DNA from: Eledone cirrhosa
Taxonomy: Eukaryota
DNA: 64,000 nt
Reading direction: 5' to 3'
NCBI GenBank assembly: GCA_964016885.1
Contig: OZ024741.1
Location: 154,814,001-154,878,000 of the forward strand
The notes beneath the pieces are model-generated. The model did no database searches. It saw only the letters and a program-made list of their open reading frames with translations, and was not told the DNA's origin. Shown piece by piece: positions 22,661 to 36,764 of the stretch. Each line of letters begins with the position of its first letter. Position 1 is the stretch's first letter. A program made the position numbers and the translations under genes.

Positions 22661-22662
<2 letters not shown>

Positions 22663-25190
22663 TCATCATCATCATCATCAACGTTTAACGTCCGTGTTCC
22701 ACGCTTGCATGGGTTTGGACGGGGGTAGTCCCACTTGAGGCAAGAGTGATTGTCTTGCTCGCATAGGACTGTCTGGCAGGTTTTCTACAGTTGGATGCCC
22801 TTCCTAACACCAACCACATTTACAGTGTGGGTCTGGGAGGTTTTTACCGTGTTGCCTACACGGCCACATTACAGCGTGGACTGTATGTTTTTTTGTCGTG
22901 GCACCTACACGATCTCATTTGTTTCGGCCTGGACGGTGTGGCACCAACACAACTTTACATAGAACGGGGTGGCGTGGATGGGTTGGGGGTGGTGCGACGG
23001 GGGGGGGGTGTATTTTGTTAGAGATGCCTACTGGCTGTAGTAGGTTTTACTATGTATTTAGGTAAGGCGGGTCTTCTCTGTTACTGAGTACCGCCAAAGG
23101 TCTCGGTCCAGTGACATTGTCTTGGAGAGGTGTAAGTGTGTGAGGTCGGAGTTTATCAGCTCGTCCCAGGTTTTTCTAGGTCTGCCTATTCCGTGGCTAC
23201 CGTCTATCTTTATTGCCCTGCACTTTGTTATACAGCTATCGACTTTCATGCGCATCACGTGTCCATACCAACGTAGCCTTCTCTCGAGTAAACAACATCT
23301 GATCCCTCTTATTTCTAATTTTTTCCTTAGTTCGTTTATGCTTTGCCGTTCACGTATATTACTGTTACACATCCAGCGGAGCATGCAAGCTTCGTTCCTC
23401 TCTAGTCTGCGTATATCCTCTGCACACAATGCCCAGGTCTCACTGCCATGCAACATTGCTGTTCGTATGCAGGCATCGTACAACCTGCCTTTCATTTTTA
23501 GGGAGAACCCTTTAGCAGCTAATAGTGGTATAAGCTCTCTGAACTTTTTCCAACCAGTTCTGACTCTAGCTACTGTACTTTCAGAGCACCCTCCCCCACT
23601 GCTGATTTTATCACCCAGGTAACAGAAACTGTCCACTATTTCTATAGAACCCTCTGCGCAATTGAAAGAGCTAGTATTTTGTGGGCACTTGCTGCTACTT
23701 ATTGCACCAGAGCACCGGCCACATGTAAAATCTATGTTCTTAGTTAGCTTACCTGTGATCCCACTACATCTTTTATGCACCCATACTTTGCATTTAGGAC
23801 ATAAAATGGAGTTTCTACCTACGCCTTTCCTACACACCGAGCACGACCATTTCCCAGAAGGGACCGCCGCCTTATTTTCTTTCCTACAAACTAGAACTTT
23901 AGTCTTAGCCAGGTTAATTTTAAGGCCTTTTGATTTTAGGCAGTGCTTCCATGTTTGGAATTTCTTCTCTAGCTCGGCCATTGATTCCGCTATGAGTGTC
24001 AGCTCGTCTGCGTATAGGAGTTCCCATGGGCAGCCGGTCTTGAACTCCTCTGTTATAGCCTGAAGGGCAATAATAAATAGTAGGGGGCTGAGAACAGAGC
24101 CCTGATGGACGCCAACTTTTACGTTAAACTCTTCACTATATTCGTTGTTAATTCTAACCTTGCTGACTGTTTCTTTATACATGGCTTGTATAGCTCTCAC
24201 AAGCCATTCGTCAACGCCTAGTTTTCTAATAGCCCACCAGATAATGGAGCGGGGGACTCTGTCGAAGGCTTTCTCCAAGTCGACAAAAGCTAAGTAGAGG
24301 GGTTTACCTTTAGCTAGGTACTTCTCCTGTAGTTGCCGTACAATGAAAAGAGCGTCTGTGGTACTTTTGCCTGACACAAACCCAAACTGCATTTCATCTA
24401 GGTCAATTCTCTCTCTGATTAGTTGTGCTATTACTTTTTCCGTGACCTTCATGACCTGGTCGATTAATTTAATGCCTCTATAGTTACTCCTATCTAGGGC
24501 GTCTCCTTTACCCTTATAACAGTTAACGATGATGCTGCTATGCCAGTCCTTCGGAACAACCCCATTCTGTACGACTTGGTTAACTATGCGGGTGACCATG
24601 GTGTGTCTCACCGTGCCAGATGCCTTCAGCATCTCAGCAACTATTTCCGAAGGCCCAGCCGCCTTACCCGTCTTCATATCCTTGATTGCCTTACTTATTA
24701 TACTCCCCTCGACTAACACTGCTGGTCCCTCTATTGGGTCGATATGGGGGAGACTGTCTTTCTCCCATTTATTCTCATCATTTAGTAGCCTTTCATAGTG
24801 ACACTTCCAAGCTACCTTCTTATCAGCGTCGGTGATGGCAAGTGTGCCATCGTCGTTTAGTACACACTTCTCCCCGACAATATCACGGTTTTCCTTGACG
24901 CATTGCCTAGCAATCCTGAACACCTCACGTTTTTGGTCATCGCGTTGTAGAACATGCTTGAACTTTCTTTCCTCAGCTTCCCTTCTTGCTAAGTACACTT
25001 GTCTCCTAGCTTCCCTCCTGGCCACTTGATAGTCTTCTCTACTTCCCCCATCCCGCCATACTTTCCAAGCCTGCTTTTTGGCCTTAATTGACCCCTCCAC
25101 CTTACTGTTCCACCACCATGTTACTCTCCTCCTGCCTACAGGCCTGCTCCAGCCACAGATTTCGTCTGTCGCCAACAGCAGGTTTGCTTT
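22661..25190 (-). mobile_element. RTE-clade LINE, 5'-truncated
   Basis: Long RT ORF, 3' UTR and (GAT)n tail. The endonuclease is missing. Confidence 0.95.
23058..25175 (-). pseudogene. RTE ORF: RT with inserted PHD-type finger; catalytic YADD reads YADE
   Basis: NYRGIKL, QFGF, FVDLEKAFDRV, GVHQGSVLSPLLF, YADE; C4HC3 at 23712-23843. The frame is open but truncated. Confidence 0.9.
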
Positions 25191-25256
25191 TATACATATA
25201 TATATATAGTATAAAGAAAACGAAAAATCAGTGATGGATCCGGACTCAATTTATTG

Positions 25257-25347
25257 CGTGTTACAATTGTTTCGCCATCAGGTAGCTCAAGACATGGTCC
25301 CTGTTTGGATCTGTCTGATTCTACGGCTGCAAGTTCCTTCAGACACG
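25257..25347 (-). ncRNA. HHR-like motif with extended stem II in a (TA)n-flanked mini-element (~25208-25440)
   Basis: CGTGT-CTGAAGG-AACTTGCA-GCCGT...ATGGC-GAAACAATTGTA-ACACG. Stem I is a perfect 5 bp. Confidence 0.65.
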
Positions 25348-25440
25348 GGTAGTTCGTTCGAAGCAAATTTTATCACTTGGGTGTTATCATCAAAAAACAT
25401 CCTAAAAAAACCCAATAGGATGACAAGAGTGGAAGAGGTT

Positions 25441-25536
<96 letters not shown>

Positions 25537-25622
25537 TATCTGTATATATATATATGTATATATATATATGTATATATATATATGTATATATATGTATATA
25601 TATATATGTATATATATATATG

Positions 25623-25714
<92 letters not shown>

Positions 25715-25718
25715 AATG

Positions 25719-25755
<37 letters not shown>

Positions 25756-25770
25756 GTATATATATATATG

Positions 25771-25914
<144 letters not shown>

Positions 25915-25918
25915 TATA

Positions 25919-26283
25919 GGGACATGACTTAGTGGTTAGAGCATTGGCCTTGCAATCGAAAGGTTGTGAGTTCACTTCTCAGACCGGGTGATGTGTTGTT
26001 TCCTTGATCAAGACACTTTATTTCACATTGCTCCAGTTTACTCAGCTGTAGAAATGAGTCTCTATCATTCCACTGCAAAGTGGTCATGGAGATGCCACGG
26101 CAGAAAAAAGCACCCAGCCCACACTGTAAAGTGGACGTGTAGGCGCCACAGAAAAAAAGCAACCAGCACTCACTGTAAATGAGGTTGGTGTTAGGAAGGG
26201 TATCCAGCTGTAGAAATCAAGCCAGAATCAGTTCCCGTCCCACCCTTGCGAGCAGGGAAAAGCGGACGTAAAATGATGATGAT
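25919..26283 (+). mobile_element. SINE family A copy
   Basis: Same head, middle and tail as the other copies. Confidence 0.85.
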
Positions 26284-26519
26284 ACATTATATACATATAT
26301 ACCCAACAGGCTTCTGCAGTTTTCATCTACCAAAATCCACTGAGAAAGGCATCGGTCAACCCAAGGCTATAGTAGAAGACACTTGATCATGGTTTCAAAC
26401 AGTGTGACGAAACCCAGATCCACGTGGTTGTAAAGGAAATTCCTTAATCACATTGTCATGCCTGCACTTGAATATATGTGTGTGTGTCAGTATATATCAT
26501 CATTTTACATTCTCCCTGC

Positions 26520-26890
26520 TTGTATAATAATAATGAAAATATTGTGTACAGTGCTCAGGTGCACTACAACTCATCAAACAGTGTATGTATAGTACATAGA
26601 GTAATGTAAAAAAGTCAGGAAAATGAACAGTGCATGAGTCATGATATACACATGTGTGCATGTGTATGGAAGGGGTACATCAGGTGTAGTTTTGGCGAAT
26701 TTCGGGAAGCATGATGGTTTTAAAGGATGCAGTGTCTCGGCAGCTAACAACTGATGCAGGCAGTTTGTTCCATGCTTCAGCAACTCTAAGTGTGAAAATT
26801 TTTTTCAGAAAGTCATGGGATCTGTGCTTTTTTCTGATTTTGTAGGCATGTCCACGTGTATTAGACACATGGAGATCAAAAAGGTGCATA
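26520..26890 (-). mobile_element. CR1-group LINE 3' end
   Basis: NTRGHAYKI..FTLRVAEAWNKLP..VV. Confidence 0.8.
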
Positions 26891-27226
26891 TGTATATTTG
26901 TGTGTGTATTAACTTAGCCATATATCTATCTTTCTATCAATATATCTATCTATCCCCCTCTCTCAATCTACTCACCCATCCACCCACTCCAGCCAACTAA
27001 AGCATCTGAAACTATTGATATAACAGAAAGTTATAATTCTGGCAACAAATGACTATAAACTAGAGTTATTGAATATAACGGGATTGTTGATAGAGTATTG
27101 ATACATCAGTGTGAATTACAAATGATTGCCTGCTAGCAGCTAGATCAATACAAAATAATATTTCAACAGGCATTGAATGGTTAAAGGTTATGTTGAGAAA
27201 AAATACACCTCTCTCCCCTCATTATA

Positions 27227-27304
27227 ATGCCACCACCACCACCACCACCACCACCACCATCACAACTACTACTACTACTACCACTACCACTACAACCACT
27301 ACTT

Positions 27305-27364
<60 letters not shown>

Positions 27365-27496
27365 CACAACCACTACTTTACTACTACTACTACTACTACT
27401 ACTACTGCTACTACTACCACAACCACTACTTTACTACTACTACTACTACTACTACCACCCCCACAACCATTACTTTACTACTACTACTACTATTAC

Positions 27497-27532
<36 letters not shown>

Positions 27533-27546
27533 CACAACCACTACTT

Positions 27547-27601
<55 letters not shown>

Positions 27602-27727
27602 GCCGCCACCACCACCACTGCAGTGCCTACTACCCCCACTGTGGCTACGACCACTAACCCCGCAGCAGCTACCACCACCATTGCTGCCACCAATACTGCT
27701 GCAGCAGCCGCCACTACCACGACCACC

Positions 27728-27773
<46 letters not shown>

Positions 27774-29375
27774 TAAATCAACATAGTTAACTTCTTTTGT
27801 TCTCAGAGAAAGGGAAAATCAGCTTCAATACTGAACTGGTCCTACATTGAAATGATGAAAGGTAAAGTTGACCTCAGTAGGATTTGAACTCAGAGAGTGC
27901 AGGGATCCAGAACGAATAACACGAGACATTACTATATGACTGTCACTATCATTAACGCAGCCCCACCACTATCACCATCACCAACACCACCACCACCACC
28001 ACTATCACCACCACCACCACCACCACCACCACCACCACCACCACCACCACCACCACCACTATCACCATCACCAACACCACCACCACCAACCAACACTACA
28101 CCCTGATTGCCGCTACTACTACCATCACCTCACCACTACCACCGCTACCACCACCACCACCACCATCATCATCACCACCATGATGACAACAATGACCACC
28201 ACTAACACCACCAACACTACACTCTGATTACAACTACCACTACCATCACCTCACCACTATTACCATCATTACCACCACCACCACCATCACCACCACCACC
28301 ACCATCACCACCACCACCACTGTCACCACCACCACCACCACCATCACCACTACCACTGTCACCACCACCTCACCACTACTACCACCATTACCACCACCAC
28401 CACCACCATCACCACCACTACTACCACTGCCACCACCACCACCACTTCCACCACTGCCACCACTGCTGCCACCACTGTGCCACCACCACCGCCGCTGCTG
28501 CCCCCCACACTACCACCATCACCACCACTACCCCATCACCAACATCACCACCACCACCACCACCACCAACAACAACACCACTACCACCGCCACCACCACC
28601 ACCATCACTACCCTCCCCCCAACCACTACCACCATCACCACCACTACCCCATCACCACCATCACCACCACTACCACCACCACCACCACTACCACCACCCC
28701 CACCCCCACTCCCACCCCCACCACTACTACCACCCCCACCTTCACCACCACCACTACCACCATCACCACCACTACCCCACCACCACCACTACCACCACCA
28801 CCACCACCACCACCACCACCACTACCACCATCCCCACCACCACCACCACCACCACAACCACCACCACTATCACCCCCACCACCACCACCACCACCACCAC
28901 CATCGCCACCACTACCCCACCACCACCACCACCACCACCACCACCACCACCACCACCACCACTACCACCACCACCACTGTCACCACCACCACCACCACCA
29001 TCATCACTACCACTGTCACCACCACCTCACCACTACTACCACCGTTACCACCACCACCATCACCACCACTACTACCACTGCCACCACTGCTGCCACCACC
29101 ACTGCTGCTGCCGCCACTGCTGCTGCCGCCACCCCCACCCCTACCACCATCACCACTACTAACCCCCCCCACACCACCACTACCCCCCCCCCCCCCCCCC
29201 ACACACACACCCACCACTACCACCATCCCCACCACTACCCCACCACCACCACCACCACCACCACCACCGCCACCACCACCACCACACCACTACTACCCCA
29301 TCACCACCACTACCACCACCACCACCACCACCACCACCACTACCCCAACACCACCATCACCACCACTACCACCAC
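27227..29375. repeat. Compound (CAC/TAC/CAT)n trinucleotide tract of ~2.1 kb with a SINE B fragment inside
   Basis: Direct inspection. Confidence 0.95.
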
Positions 29376-29849
29376 TCTCTTCTATCCATTACCAACAACA
29401 ATAACATTTAATAGTATGAGGAAAATTAAAACAATAATAAAAATAATAATAACAATTTCATTTAATAATTGATTAGTTTCTGACTTCTAGCAGAAGTGAT
29501 CACCTGTCTAATTATTACTTTGATTTTATTGATTTTTAAATGGTTTTTATTCCTTATTTTTATTTTGTCCCCAATTAACAGGAAAGCTATGAAACATTAA
29601 ATAAGCCAGATGAACTTTTTAATTGCAGCAATGTTTACTGATGTAAAGGTTGCCACTTTTAAGTGCAGGGCATGGTTGTGTGATTAGCAACCAGGTGCTT
29701 CTGGGTTCAGTCATTCCCATACATACACACACACACACACATATATACATATAAATAGCTACAACAGTGACATAACCAATTACTTAAGTTTCGTTGGGTT
29801 CTGGACCCCAACTCATTCAGTACATAAACAGTAGCTACCAACCTCTCTA

Positions 29850-30750
29850 GAGTAGATTTCTTAGACATTAATTTAGACCTTCGCACACACACCTACAGAC
29901 CCTTCCATAAGCTTAACGAAAGACTCAATTACATTCATAAGGACTCATGCCACCCTCCCACTGTTTTTAGAAACTTCGTAAATAATATCAGTACTAGAAT
30001 CTCAAACCTCTCCTCTAATAAGGCTATCTTTGACAGGGCGGCACCCTACTATAACACGGCGTTAGCTAACAGCGGCTTCTTGTAACCTATCACTTACTCT
30101 CCCACTAACAACAACAGCAATAAGAAAAGAAAGCGTAACAATAGACAAACTATCTGGTTCTCTCCTCCCTTCTCACTCAACGTTAAAACTAATGTAGGAA
30201 ACAAATTTTTAGCCCTCTTAGATAGACACTTTCCCATAGGTCACAATACCACTCCATTCAATGGAAAGCCATCACTAAGTCCAAGCCGTACACAAGGGGC
30301 AATCCGTCTTGTGGACTATGTATTGATGAATGGATAAATATTCTAAAGAGATTACGCAATAGCGATTGCCTAAACTCAAGAAATGAAATCTTCACACGTT
30401 GTCCACATGTCTGGAAACACCTCTTACATAACTACAATGCTCCGGATTGAATAACAACAACATCCTAATTTTATTATCAACTAGAACCTTTTGGACTTTT
30501 GCAGTTATCTCCCTTACACCTTTTGCCTACAGTTTTGAATTGCCTGGGTGAAGTGACCATTTCATGCGCGTTCATACGGTTGTCCTTCCTATTCCGTATA
30601 ACCATGACCATTACGAGCTGGGAATCCACTAAGGTGAAACAATTGTTCTCGGTATGGTGAACTAACTGTTGTGTTACCACTTCTACATAACTTGTCCCAT
30701 GGACTGAGTGCTCTACCACTACGGATATTACCTTCCAGTGTTCTACCCCT
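29850..30750 (+). mobile_element. Second Naiad-type PLE fragment, internally deleted (absent from the ORF track)
   Basis: Manual translation gives VDFLDINLDL..YRPFHKLN..SCHPP..RISNLSS..YYNTALANSGF*..IWFSPPFS..HFP//IQWK..PY..CGLC..E..LNSRNEIFTRCPH. The 3' UTR contains GAAACAATTGTT at 30636. Confidence 0.88.
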
Positions 30751-30779
30751 CTCTCTCTCTATATATATACTTGTAACTC

Positions 30780-31040
30780 ATGCTGCAGTTGTAAGTGTAC
30801 CATAGGGATATACAGCATTTCTTGGGCATGTTAAGCCTGGTAGAACCTATCTCTCCCTAAGTTTGATTTTTTTCAGAAAAAAAAGACTGATAAAGAGGAA
30901 GTGAAACTTGAGAGGACAAGTGTCTCAGTTTTTGCAGCACTAATTTTCATTCCAGCCATGCAAGTCAAAGATCACCTTCTGTCGAGTTAAGTAACACCAT
31001 GTCGTCTGCAAATTCCAGCTGACTGATTTCACATCCGCCA
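30780..31040 (-). mobile_element. Decayed LINE RT fragment
   Basis: Manual translation gives ISQLEFADDMVLL..GMKISAAKTETL. Confidence 0.6.
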
Positions 31041-31589
31041 GTGGTGTTTAATGGTGGTAGTGACACTGTTGACATTATTTTTCCAAACTTAAGGAAGCTT
31101 CTAGATATAAGTTTGAAAACAAAGGCAACAAAGCAGAATTCCAGCTAGATCCTGTCATCAAAATCTCCATGTAGCTTAATTGACCTAGATGCAGTCCGGG
31201 CCCCATAGAGTGTAAGAAGTTAAGGGCTGAAACACTTGTGTGAAGAGCAGGGGTTTTCCTCTAAAGACCTTCTGCTGTCCATCTCTCCTGAGAGTTTCTT
31301 ACCACTTTCTTCTTCATATTTTTCCTGTGCGTGTGTAAATATGCCACATTTTCTGATATAGCTCTGTGTGTATATGTGTGAGTGTCTCAGCTTCACGTTA
31401 AATTTTGGATTCTTTATTTGATTTATGGAAACACTACTAAAAATAACACTTGTTTCTGAAAAATAACTCAAAGTTAATGCAGTGAATCCTCATTTAACGA
31501 AATTTGATTCAAATTAGATCCATCATTAACAGAAAATTTTTTAAATTTTTAGGTAAATAATAGTGGTATTTGAAGCTGCAAAAAAAGCA

Positions 31590-32550
31590 TGACCCGCAAA
31601 GAATAGACCTTTATTTGGAAGAAAATCTCATAAAGCTATGACAAAGCAGCTACAAAAGGAGAATGAAAGTGAAGAGGAGTGACAAGAAAGACTCCAGCAA
31701 AATATAGGCGAAATGAATCAGAAGAACAAAGATCAAAAAGGCTTGTTGATGATAGGACAAGGAAAGCAACTTTTCATCAAGAGGAATTAGATGTACAAAA
31801 CAACAGCACAACACAGAGGATGAATCAGATGCACAAATATTATAAAGGCTTCAACAACAAAGAATAAGAAGTGCACAGAATAGACAGGTTAAATCAGAAG
31901 AACAAAGATTAAAAGGGCTTGCTGATGATAAGACAATGAAAACAATTGTTTGTCAAGAGGAATCACATGTTTGAAAAGGATTAAGACAGCAAATGGAGAG
32001 AAATAGAACAGCTCAAAGAGGTACATGAAGAAACTGAATCTCAAACAACTCAAAGGCTATGTGAACAGAGAGCAAAAACAGAAGATTTATGATTCAAAAA
32101 GGTTTCCAAATGGAACTTTGCTGCTTTTAGTTACAATCCACATCAAGACTATGCCTCAGAACCTTTAATTTGAATTTCCTTAATGAACAAAATTTGTCCA
32201 AATTACAATGCTAAAAAATAGAATGGTGAGTCAACTGGATTGTGCTGTTTAAATAGAGAGATTAAGTTTAGACTATTACCTAAACCACCAGAACCCTTGA
32301 CAGGACTGCTGATTGGTGGTACAACTACTGAATCAAGACACTTTCTTTAAAATAATGCATTCCAAATGACATCATTTGGTGCAAATGTCATCCACGAAGG
32401 TGGCTTTATACCCACTTTCAAAATCCAAGGGCAAGTGTACCATTGAGAAGAACCAAAATATTTACAACTATATTTCATCAGATATATGAAAACCCAAGCA
32501 CAGACAAGATATGAAAGGAATAAAGAAACTAAGTATGAAATCATATTGTA
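31590..32550 (+). mobile_element. Helitron Rep-Hel N-terminal fragment (pseudogenised)
   Basis: Charged repeats (ESEEQRSKRL), AAFSYNP, C..C.AKK..E..GLCC..K, NNAFQMTSFGA, PTFKIQGQVYH, PKYLQLYF. Confidence 0.85.
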
Positions 32551-32569
32551 AATAAAAGATATGTTTCTA

Positions 32570-34670
32570 GTTTGACTCCTGCTTCTCCTTGTCCTTCTCA
32601 GCACAGTATCTCTCCACTGTTTCTTTGTCATCCCCTTTTAACAGTCTCAGCGATTTGAAGTCAGCTCTTCTCAACTCTCCTCAGGTCTTTCTGTCTACCA
32701 CTACTGTGGCTTCTTTCCACTGGCATTTCCTGGCAATTCTTCACTCATCGATCATCATCCATGTGCATCACATGTCCATACCGATGCAGTCTTCTCTCCT
32801 GCACACCACCTCAGATTCCTCTTAGCTCCAGCTTTTCCCTCAGTTCAACCAAGCTCTGCCTTTCTCTCAAAGTTACATTGCACATCCAATGAAGCATGGT
32901 TGCTTCACTTCTTTCCAGTCTATGTATGTCTTCTGCAGTCACTGCCCATGTTTCACTACCATACAGCATTGCACTTCACACACTGGTGTTATAAAGATGT
33001 CCTTTTTCATGTAGGGAGAAACCTTTTGTTATCAACAGTGGGAGTAGCTCTAAACGTCTTTCATTTTATCCTTATTCTAACTGTTACATGCTTAGTCCTA
33101 TCTTCCTTCCTACTCACAAGCACTTTAGTTTAGGTTAACTTTACTCATAGACCTTTTGATTCCATATTCTGTTTCCATAGTCAGAACTTATTTTCTAGTT
33201 CTTTTATGGCTCATCTGGTTAGATCATCTGCATAGAGAAGTTTCCATTGATAGCTATTTTAAACTCTTCTGTTATGGCCTGGAGAACTATGATGAACAGC
33301 AGTGGGATAAGAACTGAACCTTGATGAACTCCTACCTGTATCTTGAATTCCTCACTAGACTCACTTACTACTCTCTTTACTGACATCTCCTCTGTACATG
33401 GCTTGCATGGGTATGACACTCTACTGCTTTTAGCATCTCAGCAGTTATCTCTGATGGTCCTGTAGCTTTACCACTCTTCATCTCTTTGATTGCTTCTTTG
33501 ACCCTATAACTGTCAACTTCAATGGTTGGTCCTTCTGTTAGGTAAATTGGGGGTAGTTTCTCTTCCCCCATTCATTCTCAACATTCATCAATCTCTCATA
33601 GTAACATTTCTAGGCCTCTTTCTTTTGGGCATCAATGGTGCTAAGTGCACCAGCGTCATTTCTAACACATTTTCCCCCAACAACTCGATTTACACTCACA
33701 CATTGCCTTGCAATGCAAAACACTTCATTTCTCTAGACATTGGCAAACTTTCTTTTTTCAGCCTCTCTCTGGGCTGTGTCGTCTAGTTCCTCTCTTAGCT
33801 ACCTCTGTCTCTTGGCTTTATATCACATGACTGTCTCTTGGCTTTATTTGACAAGCATGACAAATATGACAATATATATGTAAAATAAATGTCAATAAGG
33901 AAAAGCAACACAGAAAAACTAAACAATACAATGATGATATATTAGTTCAATGCTTAACCATCATCATCATCATCGTTTAACATCTATTTTCTACATTAAC
34001 ATGAGTTAGACGGGTTGTCCCATTTGAGGCAAGTCAGGTCCGGTGACTGTGTCTCACTCACACAGAATTGTTTCTGGCTTGCTTACTATGGCTGGATGCC
34101 TTTCCTAATGCCAACCACATTTACAGTGTGCACTGGATGCTTTTTGTTCTCACACCTACATGACTACTTTACAGTGTAAGTTGGGTGATTTTTATTGTGA
34201 TACCAACACAACAACTTTACAGTGTAAGGGTGGTCTGATCAGATGTGAGTGGGGTGTTATGTCGTGGGAGGTGTAGAGAAAAGGGAGGGAGGATAGTGGT
34301 TAAGAGGTACATACTAGATGTATGTTTCAGTCTGTGCACAGGGGAAGGTGGATCTCCTGTATTACTGTATAACACCAAAGATCTTGATCCTGAGTCATTG
34401 TCTCGAGAGGTGTAATTGTTCAAGGTCAGCTTTTATCACCTCATCCCAGGTCTTCCTGGGTCTTCCTGCTCCATATCTTCCATTAACTTTGATCGATCTG
34501 CACCATTTTATACAGCTGTCATCCTTCATATGCATCACATGGCCATACCAACTTAATCTCCTCTCTTGCACACTGCATCTGATTCATCTTATGCCCAATT
34601 TCTCTTTCAGTTCATTTACTCTTTGCTGTTTGTGTATATTATAATTACACATCTATCGGAGAATGCTTGA
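32570..34670 (-). mobile_element. Two decayed RTE LINE pieces (~32570-33800 and ~33960-34670)
   Basis: GVHQGSVL.PLLFIIVLQAITEEFK, SGKATGPSEITAEMLKA, a WYGHV region and a (GAT)n tail. Confidence 0.85.
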
Positions 34671-36554
34671 TATATTTTGAAAAGAGCCTTAATGTTTTGG
34701 ATGCTAACATTTCATTGGAAGATAGAATTAGAATGAGAAGAGAGGATATTTGTATGAAAGGAGAAGAAAAAAGGAAGAAAGACGAGAATAAGGATATAAA
34801 TAAATTGGGAAAAAGTTAGATATGAGAGAAATTGTATGTTCTTGTTAGTTAGCCATCTATGTAATGTTGGTGCCACAATAAAATGCACCCAGTTCACTCT
34901 ATAATGTGGTTAATAGGCACATCTAGCTGTAGAACCATGACAAACAATGGGTAGAGAGGGCTCTTTAATTGTATCAAGGACATGGCAACCTCTCTAGTGC
35001 TGGTATGATGATTAAATGTACCTTCTACACTCTGTAAAGTTGTTAGGAAATGCATAGGAGTTTGGAAGACTGTCGGATTATCTGTATCGGTAATTGATAG
35101 CTCCAGCTTTGACACACAGTTTCATGCTGAATCTTCCTGAGAACTACGTTAAAGGTAAACATGTTTGGAGTACTTCACCTACACAATAATACAAAATGGA
35201 GTGTACCTGTATATTAGAGAATCAGTCCTGTCACATACTGTATCGAGCTGAATCTTCCTGAGAACTATGTTATAGGTACATGTGTCTGTAGAATACTCAA
35301 CCACCTACACGTGGGTGCATGTGAGAGTTAAAGAGGGACAATGCTTATATAAGAATGAAGAGGAAAAAAAAACAGATGCTTTATAATACAAGATTGACTG
35401 TACCTGTGATTTAGAGAACTAGCTTTGTCAAGTTTCATGAGAATTAAGTTAAGAATTCTCGTGTTGCGAAATACGCAGCAGCTTGCACATTAATTTCATG
35501 AGCAGGTTGTTCAGTTGACTGAACAACTGAAACACTCATTGTCGAAACCGACGAAGGACCATTTACTTTTATTTTTACCTTGAGTGAAAAGTCCAATAAC
35601 AGTGTATCGCTCAGCATACTTACACTGAAAATATAGTTTTTAAAGAGTAGCCTTCCTTATTCATGCCAAAGTTATCTCCCTTGCTAAACGTGATTTAAAT
35701 AGTGTGACAGGTTATTCCCCGTTATTAACGTCGGCTGATCGAGTAGACTTGGGATGAAAGAGGTCACAATCATGACCATTCCGGCGGTCTTTCCTCTGAC
35801 TGTGAGTCTTCGGTGTCATTGTTGTTATTGCTGTTTAACCCTATGTCGATTTTGATCGAATAGACTTATGTTCAAAGACGCTCTAGTCAAGCCTGTCCCG
35901 TCTTATTTTCTTCATAATGGGTATCTGGGACGACACTACCCAATACATCGTTTACGTACTTGAGACATTCCAGCTGTGGCCATCTCATCTGTTTACATAC
36001 TTCTCTTTAGCCTGTCCCTGTTATTTCATATTTGAAGATAATAAGATGTAATTTCAATGGAGATTTAGCTGCTATTTTTAGTAGGTCTAGCAACTGCATA
36101 GAACAGAACTTCCCAAATACTTTTACTATCTGATCTCACTTTAGATAATATATTTCATCAGCTCCACCTTCTGTAACGTTGATAAAAATTATATTCAACA
36201 AATTATATTTTAATAATTTTTATTCAATTTCATTAAAACATTTATCAAATAAAATAAAGTGACTTCTTTTTTTTTACTATCAGTGACTAATATGTATTCT
36301 GTAACTCTTTTCTCCACCACCACACCTTCGACGAGCCCCCTATGCTATTTTCTCTCTTACTACACCTTGACTTGCAGTGACTACTCACATCACTCCCTTG
36401 CCCTTCACTCCCTTGCAACTCACAACAACCTTAGGGTGATGGTATTGGTAGTGCCTCATCAGTGGTATAAAAGTTCCCACATTAAAGTATCTACGCCCCC
36501 CCCCCCATTCCTCTCTTCCTCAAACGTCAATCGTCCATAGAATGACACCTTTAA

Positions 36555-36764
36555 CCCTTTAGCATTCAAACCAGCCGTATCCGACCAGAATTCTCTCACC
36601 TCTTTCTGTTAAAACCAGTCATATCTAGCCTTTCATGCTGACGTTAAGTTATTGTTCTCAAAATAAATAATATCAAAATCTGATAGATTCGATATTATGT
36701 GTTATAATTATATGAGATAATGAAAATACAATAGTATATATAGAATAATGTAAATGATAAAGGG
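36555..36764. mobile_element. piggyBac-like MITE
   Basis: TTAA|CCCTTTAGCATT...AATGATAAAGGG|TTAA. A related end lies at ~6160-6262. Confidence 0.7.
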
